The notes: generated by a model not told the origin, from the letters alone. Counted from the first letter of the stretch, positions 11,874 through 23,750 are shown. The stretch is DNA of 64,000 bases from Bacteroidota bacterium (GCA_016699635.1 CP064983.1:1670985-1734984); one strand, 5' to 3'. Numbers and translations: made by a program.

Positions 11874-12932
11874 ATGTCGCACATTCTACTCATTGAGGAC
11901 AATAAAGAAGTAAGAGAAAATACTGCAGAGATTCTTGAACTTGCAGGCTACACCGTTACAACTGCCAGCGATGGTAAAAAAGGTATTGAAGCAGTTCAGA
12001 AAAACAAACCTGCATTAATTATCTGTGACATTATGATGCCTGTGTTAGATGGATACGGTGTGCTGCATCTGCTGGGTAAAAATCCTGAAACCTCAACTAT
12101 TCCGTTTATTTTTCTGACAGCAAAAACAGAACGTGGCGATTTCAGAAAAGGTATGGAAATGGGTGCTGACGATTACATCACAAAGCCATTCGATAAACTC
12201 GAACTGCTTAATGCCATTGAAAGTCGTTTAAAAAAGGTTGAAGCATTAAAAAAAGAATATTCAAAAGACCTTGAAGGACTTACCAATTTTATTGGTGAAG
12301 TTGGCGGCAAAGACCACATGCAGGCATTTATTGAAAACAGAAAAATCAGAACCTACAAGAAGAAAGAAAATATCTATAAGGAAGGCGACTATCCGCGTGG
12401 TATGTATTATATCAACCATGGAAAAGTAAAGCTTTATAAAAGCCATGCTTATGGAAAAGAGTTAATCACCAACCTGCTTAAAGAAGGTGATTTTTTTGGT
12501 TACACTTCTCTCATCGAAGAAGGCGATTATGTAGAAAGTCATAAAACACTTGAAGACACAGAAGTGGTTTTTATCCCCAAGGAAGATTTTCTGAATCTCC
12601 TTTTTTCGAATCGAGAAATTGCAAAACGATTTCTGCTGATATTGAATCAAAAGTTTAATGAGCAGCAGGATTACCTGATAGAATTGGCATATAGCTCTGT
12701 GAGAAAACGTGTGGCAGAAGCATTGATTTTACTTTCCGACAAATACAAAGCCAATCGCGATGAACGTTTCAGTATGTCAATTTCCAGAGAGGATTTGGCC
12801 AACATTGTTGGTACAGCTACAGAATCACTCATCAGAACACTAAGCGACTTTAAAGAAGAAAAACTCATTGAGGTGAAAGACGGTAAAATTGTCTTAATTA
12901 ATGAGAATAAATTAAAGGAGTTGAAGAATTAA
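11874..12932 (+). CDS. response regulator with an N-terminal receiver domain fused to a Crp/Fnr-type cNMP-binding domain and HTH
   Basis: REC phospho-acceptor region ..LIICDIMMPVLDGY.. Crp-like C-terminus with HTH SREDLANIVGTATESLIRTLS. A TATCTTTG promoter motif lies at 11841..11848. Confidence 0.8.
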   Translation: MSHILLIEDNKEVRENTAEILELAGYTVTTASDGKKGIEAVQKNKPALIICDIMMPVLDGYGVLHLLGKNPETSTIPFIFLTAKTERGDFRKGMEMGADDYITKPFDKLELLNAIESRLKKVEALKKEYSKDLEGLTNFIGEVGGKDHMQAFIENRKIRTYKKKENIYKEGDYPRGMYYINHGKVKLYKSHAYGKELITNLLKEGDFFGYTSLIEEGDYVESHKTLEDTEVVFIPKEDFLNLLFSNREIAKRFLLILNQKFNEQQDYLIELAYSSVRKRVAEALILLSDKYKANRDERFSMSISREDLANIVGTATESLIRTLSDFKEEKLIEVKDGKIVLINENKLKELKN

Positions 12933-12967
12933 GCATTAACCATGCAGTCAATACTTAATTCTATTTT

Positions 12968-13696
12968 CTATTTCTTAGCTGCTGTTTCCTTTATTACTTT
13001 TCCATTCTTGTATAAAATGGTTTTAAGTAATTTACCATCTTCGTAAACCCGCCATTCGCCTTCTTCATTGTTGTTTACATAGTTGCCTTCACTTTGTATT
13101 TCGCCATTGGCATAAAAAATGGCAGGGCCGTTTAAGTCACCATTCTTGTAGGTATATTGTATGGTAGGTTTGTCGTCCTGTTTAAACCAAATGGTAATAC
13201 CATCACGAATTCCGTTTTTATAAGTTGCTTTTTCTTTCAGCTTCCCGTTTTCGTAATAATCAAATCGCATTCCGTCTAATTTTCCGTTATTGTAATTTTC
13301 AGAGGTAATTAGTGTAACGCCATATTTGTAAACATTACGCAGGCCATGTAATATACCTTTGCGATAGGATTCCTCATCTTCAATGTAACCGTTCTCGTTA
13401 AAATGCAGATGTAGTCCGTTGAGCACATCAGCTTCAAATTCTTCAAGCAGTTCTATTTTTCCTTTGGTATCATAAAAACGCCAAAGTCCTTCTTTCTTGC
13501 CATTTTGAATTTTTCCAACGGCACGGGCCCTTCCGTCAGGAAAGTTTATTCGACAGTCAAATAATCCGGCCTTGTCGGGGTCTGGAGTCAATACAGTATC
13601 TTGCTTAGAAGTTTGTGCTCCTGCAAATGATAATGATAGTCCAAGAGCAATGGTCAAAAGTGATTTAAACATAATGCTTAATGTTATGGCTTGCAA
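12968..13696 (-). CDS. MORN-repeat-variant lipoprotein (YwqK family, annotated as a toxin-antitoxin system antitoxin)
   Basis: Signal peptide followed by tandem YxNGxxxGxxxxYxxNG repeats. Confidence 0.7.
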   Translation of the reverse strand: MQAITLSIMFKSLLTIALGLSLSFAGAQTSKQDTVLTPDPDKAGLFDCRINFPDGRARAVGKIQNGKKEGLWRFYDTKGKIELLEEFEADVLNGLHLHFNENGYIEDEESYRKGILHGLRNVYKYGVTLITSENYNNGKLDGMRFDYYENGKLKEKATYKNGIRDGITIWFKQDDKPTIQYTYKNGDLNGPAIFYANGEIQSEGNYVNNNEEGEWRVYEDGKLLKTILYKNGKVIKETAAKK

Positions 13697-13765
13697 ATCT
13701 CTAAAAAAATGATGAAAAGCAGATTATAGTAGCATCAGCAGCTAATGCTTATTTTTGCAGGCACA

Positions 13766-14854
13766 ATGACAACACAGGAAATATTAGAAAAGTTAGAAGC
13801 GCTGAAACATCGTTTTGAAGAAATTGGTCAGCAGTTGAGCGACCCTTCTGCCACAACAGATATGAGACGCTTTCAGCAGTTAAGCCGGCAGTATAAAGAA
13901 TTGCAAGAGGTAGTAGAAACTTATGAACGATATAAAAAAGTAATTGATAATTACGATCAGGCCTATCATGTTTTAAATACAGAAAAAGATGTTGATCTGA
14001 AGCAGATGGCAAAGGAAGAAATGGAAACGCTGGAAGCAGAAAAAAATAGTCTTGAAGATCAGATAAGACTTTTACTGATTCCTAAAGATCCTATTGATGA
14101 ACGTAATGCAGTGGTTGAAATTCGTGCAGGCACCGGTGGTGATGGTACAGTATTTTTTGCAGGCGATCTTTACAGAATGTACAGTCGCTATTTTGAGAAA
14201 AAGGGATGGAAGGTTGATGTGATTGATGAGAACGAAGGAACAGCAGGAGGCTTCAAAGAAGTTATTATGGAAGTTAGTGGCGATGATGTTTATGGCATCA
14301 TGAAATATGAGAGTGGTGTACATCGTGTACAACGTGTGCCTGATACAGAAACTATGGGTCGTGTGCATACTTCTGCTGCTACAGTTGTAGTGTTGCCCGA
14401 AGCAGATGATGTAGATGTAGTGATAAATCCTGCAGATTTGGAGTTTCAGACAGCGCGCTCAAGCGGTGCCGGTGGGCAGAATGTAAATAAGGTAGAAACA
14501 AAAGTTCAGCTTACCCATAAACCTACTGGCATAATGGTTACCTGTCAGATTGAACGTTCGCAGCATGGAAACCGTGAGAGAGCATTGCACATGCTCAAAA
14601 CCAAATTGTATGAAATAGAGTTGCAGAAACATGAGTCGGAGATTGCTGCCAGACGCAAAACAATGGTATCAACAGGTGATCGCTCAGCGAAAATCAGAAC
14701 ATACAATTATCCGCAGAGCAGAGTTACAGATCATCGCATCGGTTTGTCAACTTACAATTTGTCATCTTTTATGAATGGCGATATTCAGGAATTTATTGAT
14801 GCATTGCAGTTGGCCGAGAATGCAGAGAAAATGAAAGAGGCCTCATTAAGTTAA
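13766..14854 (+). CDS. prfA: peptide chain release factor 1. The upstream ATG at 13745 is also possible.
   Basis: GGQ motif [15 protein letters not shown]1-type domain 2 is present and the PxT position reads PDT. Confidence 0.9.
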   Translation: MTTQEILEKLEALKHRFEEIGQQLSDPSATTDMRRFQQLSRQYKELQEVVETYERYKKVIDNYDQAYHVLNTEKDVDLKQMAKEEMETLEAEKNSLEDQIRLLLIPKDPIDERNAVVEIRAGTGGDGTVFFAGDLYRMYSRYFEKKGWKVDVIDENEGTAGGFKEVIMEVSGDDVYGIMKYESGVHRVQRVPDTETMGRVHTSAATVVVLPEADDVDVVINPADLEFQTARSSGAGGQNVNKVETKVQLTHKPTGIMVTCQIERSQHGNRERALHMLKTKLYEIELQKHESEIAARRKTMVSTGDRSAKIRTYNYPQSRVTDHRIGLSTYNLSSFMNGDIQEFIDALQLAENAEKMKEASLS

Positions 14855-14857
14855 GCT

Positions 14858-15679
14858 ATGAACTATCAGCAGTTAGTAGGCGAAATAAAAAGAAAACAAT
14901 CTTTTCTCTGTGTAGGTTTAGATACAGACTTAAAAAAAATCCCTTCACACATCAGAGATAAAGCAGACGATCCTGTATTTGAATTTAACAAAGCAATTAT
15001 TGATGCCACATTAGACTATGCAATAGCATACAAACCCAATCTTGCATTTTACGAAGCGTCAGGTGTTGAGGGACTGAAGAGCCTCGAAAAAACAATTCAG
15101 TACATCAATGGCAGAGCATTTACCATTGCCGATGCAAAGCGTGGCGATATAGGTAACACTGCTGAAATGTATGCTCATGCTTTTTACAATCATTATGGTT
15201 TTGATTCCATCACACTCTCACCATATATGGGTGCAGACACGATTGAACCATTCTTAAAACATAAAGATAAGTGGAGCATCATTCTTGCATTAACATCAAA
15301 TCCCGGAGCAGAAGATTTTGAAATGCTTAAAGTGGATGATGATTTTTTGTTCGAGAAAGTTTTGAAAAAATTTAGCAAGGCTTCAGCGCAACAGATAATG
15401 TTTGTTGTTGGTGCCACACGTCCGCAATATTTTGAAATTGTTAGAAAACATGTGCCAGACAATTTTCTGTTAGTCCCCGGCATAGGTGCACAGGGTGGCA
15501 GTCTTGAAGATGTTTGCCGCTACGGACTGAATTCCAATGCAGGATTAATAGTTAATTCTTCACGTCAAATAATTTATGCAGACAGCGGAATTGATTTTGA
15601 CAAAAAAGCAGCTGAACAGGCAAAACAAATTCAACAACAGATGAAACAGATGCTTGTTGAATTTAAAATTACAGGCTGA
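14858..15679 (+). CDS. pyrF: orotidine 5'-phosphate decarboxylase (long, type 2)
   Basis: Motifs ..LCVGLD.., ..DAKRGDIGNT.. and the C-terminal ..VPGIGAQGG.. Confidence 0.9.
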   Translation: MNYQQLVGEIKRKQSFLCVGLDTDLKKIPSHIRDKADDPVFEFNKAIIDATLDYAIAYKPNLAFYEASGVEGLKSLEKTIQYINGRAFTIADAKRGDIGNTAEMYAHAFYNHYGFDSITLSPYMGADTIEPFLKHKDKWSIILALTSNPGAEDFEMLKVDDDFLFEKVLKKFSKASAQQIMFVVGATRPQYFEIVRKHVPDNFLLVPGIGAQGGSLEDVCRYGLNSNAGLIVNSSRQIIYADSGIDFDKKAAEQAKQIQQQMKQMLVEFKITG

Positions 15680-16413
15680 TGCCATTTACCTTAGCGCATC
15701 CTGCAATAGTAATTCCTTTTTACAGACTCTTTAAAGAGCGTCTGTCGCTGACAGGTTTAATTATTGGGAGTATGGTTCCCGATGTTGAATATTGTGTAAA
15801 CACAGTAACACGAAGTGTAATCAGCCACACTGAAAAAGGTATTTGGGTGTTTGATTTACCTGTAGCCATTTTTCTGACTTTTTGCTACCATGGATTCGTC
15901 AAACAAATTTTAACCAATAACCTGCCGGATTGGATTCGCTATAGACTTTCTCCTTATGCCAATAAAAACTGGTTTCATTATTTCAGAAAGAATTTTCTGA
16001 ATTATTTTCTCTGTCTTCTTGCAGGAATTGTTTTACATCTGCTGTGGGATTCTGTTTCGCATGGAACTGGATATTTTGTAAGACGAACAGCATTTTTACA
16101 AGAGAATGTAATCGGTACATTAACGGTTACACGATTAATATGGCACATAAGTACCGTTGCCGGCCTTTACGTAGTTATCCGATTTTTTCTGAGTTTTCCC
16201 GTCAACAAAATGGAAGAAGAAAATAATATACCAGATAAAAATTTCTGGCCGTTGGTTTTTTTAGTTGCATCAGTTCTCACTATCATTCACTGGCTGCCTT
16301 TTGTCAGACCGCAGGAACCACGTTTTATTTTAGTTGCTTTTTCAGGTGCAATGATGGTTGGAGTTATTGTAGTATGTTTTATCTTTAGGTTTTTTAAGAA
16401 ACAACTGTCATGA
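15679..16413 (+). CDS. DUF4184 family membrane protein
   Basis: MPFTLAHPA N-terminus and an HLLWDSVSH motif typical of DUF4184. Confidence 0.65.
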   Translation: MPFTLAHPAIVIPFYRLFKERLSLTGLIIGSMVPDVEYCVNTVTRSVISHTEKGIWVFDLPVAIFLTFCYHGFVKQILTNNLPDWIRYRLSPYANKNWFHYFRKNFLNYFLCLLAGIVLHLLWDSVSHGTGYFVRRTAFLQENVIGTLTVTRLIWHISTVAGLYVVIRFFLSFPVNKMEEENNIPDKNFWPLVFLVASVLTIIHWLPFVRPQEPRFILVAFSGAMMVGVIVVCFIFRFFKKQLS

Positions 16414-17684
16414 ATGAAGCATTGCTTTATCATCTATGGAAGTACAGGCTATTTAAGTCTTTGCCGCTAACTACTATTGATGGTAAGACAATTGAGGTAA
16501 TAAAACCCGGAGAACTCAATCCCGACTCAGGTCCCGATTTTTTTAATGCCCGTCTGATTATTGACGGAACAGAATGGGCCGGCAATGTTGAAATTGATCC
16601 TACAAGTGCTGATTGGTACAACCACAAACATCATATCAATAAAGCATATTCAAAGTTAATACTACATGTAGTTTATGAATTAAATAAACCATTAGATCAT
16701 GGTTTTCCTGTTCTGGAGTTTAAAAATTTTATGGACGAAGGTGCTGTTAAAACATTCCATCAATTGCAAGAATCGTTATTGCCAATACCATGCAGCAAAC
16801 AAGTACATCATGTAAACGATGTAACGTTAAACACCTGGCTTGAAAGAATGATTATAGAACGGTTAGAGCAAAAAACTACTGTTATTCATGACATGCTGCA
16901 TGCTAATAAGTTTGACTGGGAAGAGACATTTTATTTTTTTCTTGCCCGTAATTTTGGATTTAAAACCAATGCACTGCCGTTTGAAATGCTTGCACGTTCT
17001 ATTCCGATGAATGCACTTGCACGACATAAAAATAACTTATTGCAGATTGAAGCATTGCTGTTTGGACAAGCGGGATTTCTCAACGATAAACATGCTGATG
17101 AATACATTGAATCCCTAAGACGTGAATATCGTTTTCTTGCAGGTAAGTTTCAGTTGCAGGCAATGAACAATAGCTTATGGAAGTTTGCACGAATGCATCC
17201 ACGCAATTTTCCTTCTGTTAGAATAGCTCAGTTTGCTGCACTCATCCATAACAGCACACATTTGTTTTCAAAAATATTGGAAGAGAAAGATGTTAAATCG
17301 CTTATTCAACTTTTCAGCATCACACCTTCTTCTTATTGGGATAAGCATTTTCATTTTGGAAAGGAATCTGCAGAGAGTAAAAAAACATTCGGACGCAGTT
17401 CAGTTGACAATATTATTATCAACACTATTGCACCATTTTTATTTCTATATGGTAAAATTAAAGATAATGAAAAATTAACCGAACGTGCATTATCTTTGCT
17501 CGAACATATCAAACCAGAGAATAATGTAATAATAAGGCAGTGGAAAGAAGTAGGAATTACAGTTAAACATGCCTATCATACGCAGGCATTGATTCAATTG
17601 AAAAATCTATACTGCAGTAAGAAAAAATGTTTGAGTTGTGCTTTAGGAGTTAAAATACTTAATAATAAGAAAAATGATTATTGA
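16410..17684 (+). CDS. DUF2851 family protein
   Basis: N-terminus MNEALLYHLWKYRLF, length ~420 aa, and the C-terminal CxxC pair CSKKKCLSC. Confidence 0.7.
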   Translation: MNEALLYHLWKYRLFKSLPLTTIDGKTIEVIKPGELNPDSGPDFFNARLIIDGTEWAGNVEIDPTSADWYNHKHHINKAYSKLILHVVYELNKPLDHGFPVLEFKNFMDEGAVKTFHQLQESLLPIPCSKQVHHVNDVTLNTWLERMIIERLEQKTTVIHDMLHANKFDWEETFYFFLARNFGFKTNALPFEMLARSIPMNALARHKNNLLQIEALLFGQAGFLNDKHADEYIESLRREYRFLAGKFQLQAMNNSLWKFARMHPRNFPSVRIAQFAALIHNSTHLFSKILEEKDVKSLIQLFSITPSSYWDKHFHFGKESAESKKTFGRSSVDNIIINTIAPFLFLYGKIKDNEKLTERALSLLEHIKPENNVIIRQWKEVGITVKHAYHTQALIQLKNLYCSKKKCLSCALGVKILNNKKNDY

Positions 17685-17896
17685 CAGCATTAAAAATTTT
17701 TTTGAAAGACAGGCTTTCGGTATCTGTGAGTATTGGGGCGAACGTCTAAAAATAAGATCATCGGTCATCAGGTTGTTTTTATTTATCTTTCTTTTCTGAC
17801 AATCGGTTCACCCGTAGTTGTGTATATGGTGCTTGGCTTCTGGATGAATCTTAGAAAACTCATTCACCGTCAACGTGGAGGTGTGTGGGATTTATA
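17673..17896 (+). CDS. PspC-domain small membrane protein. It is frameshifted in a T-run near 17790 and overlaps the DUF2851 stop.
   Basis: MIIDSIKNFFERQAFGICEYWGERLKIRSSVIRLF continues in the next frame as ..LTIGSPVVVYMVLGFWMNL.. Confidence 0.5.
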
Positions 17897-17933
17897 GAGA
17901 AATTTTGCAGTAATAGATTTAGTTTTTTACAGA

Positions 17934-18308
17934 ATGATAAAAATGTACATTAAGCCCACTTGCAGCACCTGTCGCACTGCAATGCAAATGGCTAAGGAGT
18001 GTGAGACAGAGATAGAAATGATAGAATACCTGATTGATACACCATCAGAAAAGGAATTGCTGGAGTTAACACAACAATTGGGAGTAAAACCATTTGACTT
18101 AGTCAGAACCAAGGAGTCGCTATATAAAGAGAAGTATGAAGGCAAAAAAATTTCAGATAAACAATGGCTGAAAATTTTGCATAAGAACCCCATTTTAATT
18201 GAACGACCTATAATTACTGATGGCACTCATGCAATCATAGGAAGACCACCAACATTAATTGCGGACTTCCTGAATAAGAAGCAAAAGACGAAAAAGAAAT
18301 CAAAGTAA
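17934..18308 (+). CDS. ArsC/Spx/YffB family thioredoxin-fold protein
   Basis: N-terminus YIKPTCSTCR and the arsenate-reductase-like length. Confidence 0.8.
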   Translation: MIKMYIKPTCSTCRTAMQMAKECETEIEMIEYLIDTPSEKELLELTQQLGVKPFDLVRTKESLYKEKYEGKKISDKQWLKILHKNPILIERPIITDGTHAIIGRPPTLIADFLNKKQKTKKKSK

Positions 18309-18341
18309 ACTGTGATAAAAATTTTAGTTTGTAGGAGTAGA

Positions 18342-20224
18342 ATGCAATACGTTATTCAAAGATTATTTCTTTTGGTTTTGATGCTGTCAGCAATTCAGGT
18401 CAATGCACAACACGATGATTTGTTTATTCCCCGAAATATTCAAAAAGCATATCAGAACAATACAAGAACAATTGAAGGTGCACCAGGAAAAAAGTTCTGG
18501 AAAAATTTTGCAGAGTATTTTATTCAGGTAAAGTTTAATCCTAAAACTTTAAAAATAGAAGGAAAGCAGATTATAACTTACTACAACAATTCTCCCGATA
18601 CTTTAAAAAAATTGGTGTTTCGTATTGCCCCCGACTTTTATAAAAAAGGAAATGAACGCAATCGTATTATTGAACCAGACGATGTTACTGATGGAGTAAA
18701 ATTTACTAATTGTGTTATTGATGCAAACAAAGTTGATCTTAATAATCCCATGCTAGTAAAACACGAAGGAACAATAATGGAAATTAAGGTTAAAGGTATT
18801 GATCCTCGTGGTGGCAGGGCAACTGTTGAGATGGACTGGAGCTATACACTCAATCTGAACTCGCATGAACGAACCGGAGTGATTGATATAGGAAGTTATT
18901 TCATTGCATATTTTTTCCACGTATTACTGTTTATGATGATGTTGATGGGTGGGATGAATTCCCTTATCTTGGACAACAGGAAACCTACTTCGACAATGCC
19001 AGCTTTAATGTCCACATAACAGTGCCAAGAAATTTTATGGTGTGGGCTACAGGTGATTTGCAAAACCCTGCAGAAGTGCTGCATGAATCCGTACTAAAAA
19101 AATGGACTCTTGCACAGCAAAGCAACAAACCTGTTTTTTTAATTGACAGTGCAGATATTCAGAATAAAACTGTAACAGTGAATAAAAAATTCAACACTTT
19201 TCAGTTTAAATGCACTACACCTGATTTTGTTTTTGCTGTAAGCAATCATTACTTATGGCAGGCACGTGATATGGTTGTAGATAGTGTTACCATGAGAAAG
19301 GCATTAATTTCAACAGCATTTAATCCAATACATAAAGATTTTTTTGAGGTGAATGATTTTACGGCAAAAACTATTGAAGTGATGAGTTTTGATTTTCCGG
19401 GTGTGGCATATCCATACAGTCATCTTACTGTTGTTGACGGACGTGATCAGATGGAGTATCCGATGATGATAAATGACAATCCTACTACTACACGTTTTGA
19501 CGGAATTACATTGACAACACATGAAGTCTTTCATCAGATATTTCCGTTTATGATGGCTACCAACCAAACCAAATATGCATTTATGGATGAAGGCTGGGCT
19601 ACAATTGGCGAGTGGTATATCAGTCCGATAATTGACAGTACTATTGTTGACGATTATGGAATGGATAGAATTAACTCCGATTTAGGTAAAGACTGGGATA
19701 CACCAATGATTACCAATTCTACTGAGTTGACGAAATCATTATTCATTAACAGTTATCCCAAGCCTGCTCTCACATTTTTATATTTATGGGAGATGATGGG
19801 CGATTCATTATTCAAAAAGTCATTGCAGCATTACATCATTACCTGGATGGATAAAAGCCCTACTCCATGGGATTTCTTTTTCAGCATGAACCAAAGTTGT
19901 GGAATGAATTTAAATTGGTTTTGGAAGGCATGGTATTTTGAACAAGGCTATCCTGATTTAGGGATTATTGGTATTAACCGTCTTAACTATAGTTACACTG
20001 TAACTATTAAATCTATTGGCAACAAACCTGTTCCTGTACATCTCACAGCAACATTTGCAGATGGAACAAAAAGGAAATTTACACGAACAGTAGATATTTG
20101 GAAAAACAGAAACATCACCGATGTGATAATTGATACACAACAGTCAATTACTAAGTTGGAGTTGGGCGATGTTTATGATGCTGATGTAGATAAAAACAAT
20201 AACGTGTTAGTTCCTAAAGAGTGA
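18342..20224 (+). CDS. secreted M1-family zinc metallopeptidase. It is split into two ORFs (18312..19019 and 19022..20224) by frameshifts near 18900..19020.
   Basis: Signal peptide MQYVIQRLFLLVLMLSAIQVNAQ. HEVFHQ zinc motif with the downstream FMDEGWAT glutamate. Confidence 0.75.
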
Positions 20225-20256
20225 GGAATTAATTTAATTTTGCAGACGAAAAAAAT

Positions 20257-20328
20257 GGTCCCGTAGTTCAACGGATAGAATAGAAGTTTCCTAAACTTTT
20301 GATGGCAGTTCGATTCTGCCCGGGACTA
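20257..20328 (+). tRNA. tRNA-Arg (anticodon CCT)
   Basis: Cloverleaf folded by hand: acceptor GGTCCCG/CGGGACT, D-stem GTTC/GAAT, anticodon stem GAAGT/ACTTT with loop TTCCTAA, T-arm GGCAG-TTCGATT-CTGCC, discriminator A. No encoded CCA. Confidence 0.8.
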
Positions 20329-20457
20329 CGAAGAAAAGGCAGTTCCCTGTCCGACTACGAAGTAGGCGGAGATTCTGCCAGAGACTACGAAGAAAAGGCA
20401 GTTCCCTGTCCGGCTACGAAGTAGGCGGAGATTCTGCCCGGGACTACGAAAACAGTT
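20304..20457 (+). repeat. tandem array of tRNA-Arg 3'-end-derived repeat units (about 2.5 copies of a 60-nt unit built from two 30-nt halves). Each unit is a T-arm carrying a 25-nt hairpin insert.
   Basis: GGCAGTTC[CCTGTCCGACTACGAAGTAGGCGGA]GATTCTGCC(CGGG/AGAG)ACTACGAAGAAAA repeated directly after the tRNA. Confidence 0.8.
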
Positions 20458-20763
20458 ATGCAAATGCCATATTATGTTTATGTTATAAGAAACAAGGTAA
20501 CGGGAAGACTTTATAAAGGGCAAACAGAAAATCTTGAAAAGCGGTTGAAAGCACATTCGCAATCACAAACAAAGACCACAAGTTACTTTCCAAAAGATTG
20601 GGAGTTGGTTTATCACGAAATTTTTAGTTCAAGAAAAGAAGCTGTAGAGAGGGAAAAATATTTTAAAACAGCAGCAGGCAGAAGATATTTATCTGGAAGA
20701 ATAGCAAATATTAAATCAACGGATACCCGCCCGAACGTACCGTTCGGTACGGGCGGGGAATAG
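20458..20763 (+). CDS. GIY-YIG nuclease family protein (small, YhbQ/UPF0213-like)
   Basis: N-terminus YYVYVIRNKVTGRLYKGQTENLEKRLKAH is the GIY-YIG core. Total length is 101 aa. Confidence 0.8.
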   Translation: MQMPYYVYVIRNKVTGRLYKGQTENLEKRLKAHSQSQTKTTSYFPKDWELVYHEIFSSRKEAVEREKYFKTAAGRRYLSGRIANIKSTDTRPNVPFGTGGE

Positions 20764-20889
20764 AAGTTTCCTAAACTTTTGATGGCAGTTCCCAGTCCGA
20801 CTACGGAGTAGGCGGAGATTCTGCCCGGGACTACGAAGAAAAGGCAGTTCCCTGTCCGACTACCAAGTAGGCGGAGATTCTGCCCTGAA
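20754..20889 (+). pseudogene. disrupted second tRNA-Arg(CCT) copy plus one further repeat unit. The copy runs from the D-arm through the acceptor 3' end with a 25-nt T-loop insert. Its 5' end is replaced by the GIY-YIG CDS.
   Basis: AATAGAAGTTTCCTAAACTTTTGATGGCAGTTC matches tRNA positions 20274..20311 exactly. It continues [CCAGTCCGACTACGGAGTAGGCGGA]GATTCTGCCCGGGACTA. Confidence 0.65.
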
Positions 20890-21016
20890 TAAAAAAACAG
20901 TTTTAGAAATGCTATATATTAAAGATTAAATTCATTTTGTATGGAAAACTAAAAACTGATTTCCTATTCAATAACCACAATTCAACAAACATTCACAAAC
21001 TATAAAGGAGAATAAT

Positions 21017-21024
21017 TATCTTTG
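21017..21024 (+). promoter_or_regulatory. Bacteroidota -7 promoter motif TATCTTTG upstream of the perR-like gene. It sits in AT-rich DNA with an imperfect inverted repeat ATAATTATC..TAGTTATAA that may be a Fur/PerR box.
   Basis: It matches the TAnnTTTG consensus 27 nt upstream of the ATG. Confidence 0.4.
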
Positions 21025-21050
21025 CGGAATAGTTATAAATAGATATTTTT

Positions 21051-21464
21051 ATGCATATCCATTTGTTTCGTGAACAGTTAAAACAAAAAGGACTAAAAGT
21101 TACACCACAGCGTGTAGCAATTTATGAAGCTGTTGCAGAACTGCACAACCATCCTACTGCAGAGAATATTATTGAGTACATTAAAACAAATCATCCGAAT
21201 ATCTCTGTAGGTACAGTATATAAAGTTCTTGACTCATTAGTAGAGAACAACCTGTTGCGAAAAGTAAAAAACGAAAAAGATATTATGCGTTATGATGCAG
21301 TTCTGGAGCATCATCATCATTTGTATTGCGCAGAATCCGATCGTATAGAGGATTTTGAAGACCCGCAGTTAGATCATTTCATCAGTGAATATTTTAAGAA
21401 GAAGAAGATAAAAAACTTCAAAGTGCAAGACATTAAATTACAGATTACAGGAACTTTCAAATAA
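21051..21464 (+). CDS. Fur family transcriptional regulator, probably the peroxide sensor PerR
   Basis: Fur-like HTH at the N-terminus and the metal-site HHHH. It lies directly upstream of katG. Confidence 0.8.
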   Translation: MHIHLFREQLKQKGLKVTPQRVAIYEAVAELHNHPTAENIIEYIKTNHPNISVGTVYKVLDSLVENNLLRKVKNEKDIMRYDAVLEHHHHLYCAESDRIEDFEDPQLDHFISEYFKKKKIKNFKVQDIKLQITGTFK

Positions 21465-21472
21465 AAAAATAA

Positions 21473-23669
<2,197 letters not shown>

Positions 23670-23685
23670 TATTGTTTAGTACTCC

Positions 23686-23726
23686 AAAAATGCGAGCAGC
23701 CTCTGAAAAGAGGCTGCTCGCATTTT
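23686..23726. terminator. bidirectional intrinsic terminator between katG (+) and the LTD protein gene (-)
   Basis: Perfect 14-bp stem TGCGAGCAGCCTCT / AGAGGCTGCTCGCA with a GAAA loop, flanked by an A-run and a T-run. Confidence 0.8.
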
Positions 23727-23750
23727 ATATCATCTGCTTAACTGTAACCA

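Noticed and set aside
13745-14854. The RF1 PxT tripeptide reads PDT rather than PAT or PVT. This could be a decoding-specificity variant.
   Set aside because: The middle residue of PxT is variable among bacteria, and single-base errors are frequent in this assembly. It is not a reliable signal without read-level confirmation.
20304-20889. The tandem 30/60-nt repeats might be a CRISPR array.
   Set aside because: There are no unique spacers. Every unit is a diverged copy of the same tRNA-derived sequence. The period is irregular around the GIY-YIG gene. No cas genes are anywhere in the window.
20257-20889. An integrated prophage or integrative element at the tRNA-Arg might explain the tRNA 3'-end duplications.
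   Set aside because: No integrase, excisionase, phage or conjugation genes lie within 20 kb on either side. The duplicated units are only 30-60 nt and heavily reiterated, unlike single att core duplications.
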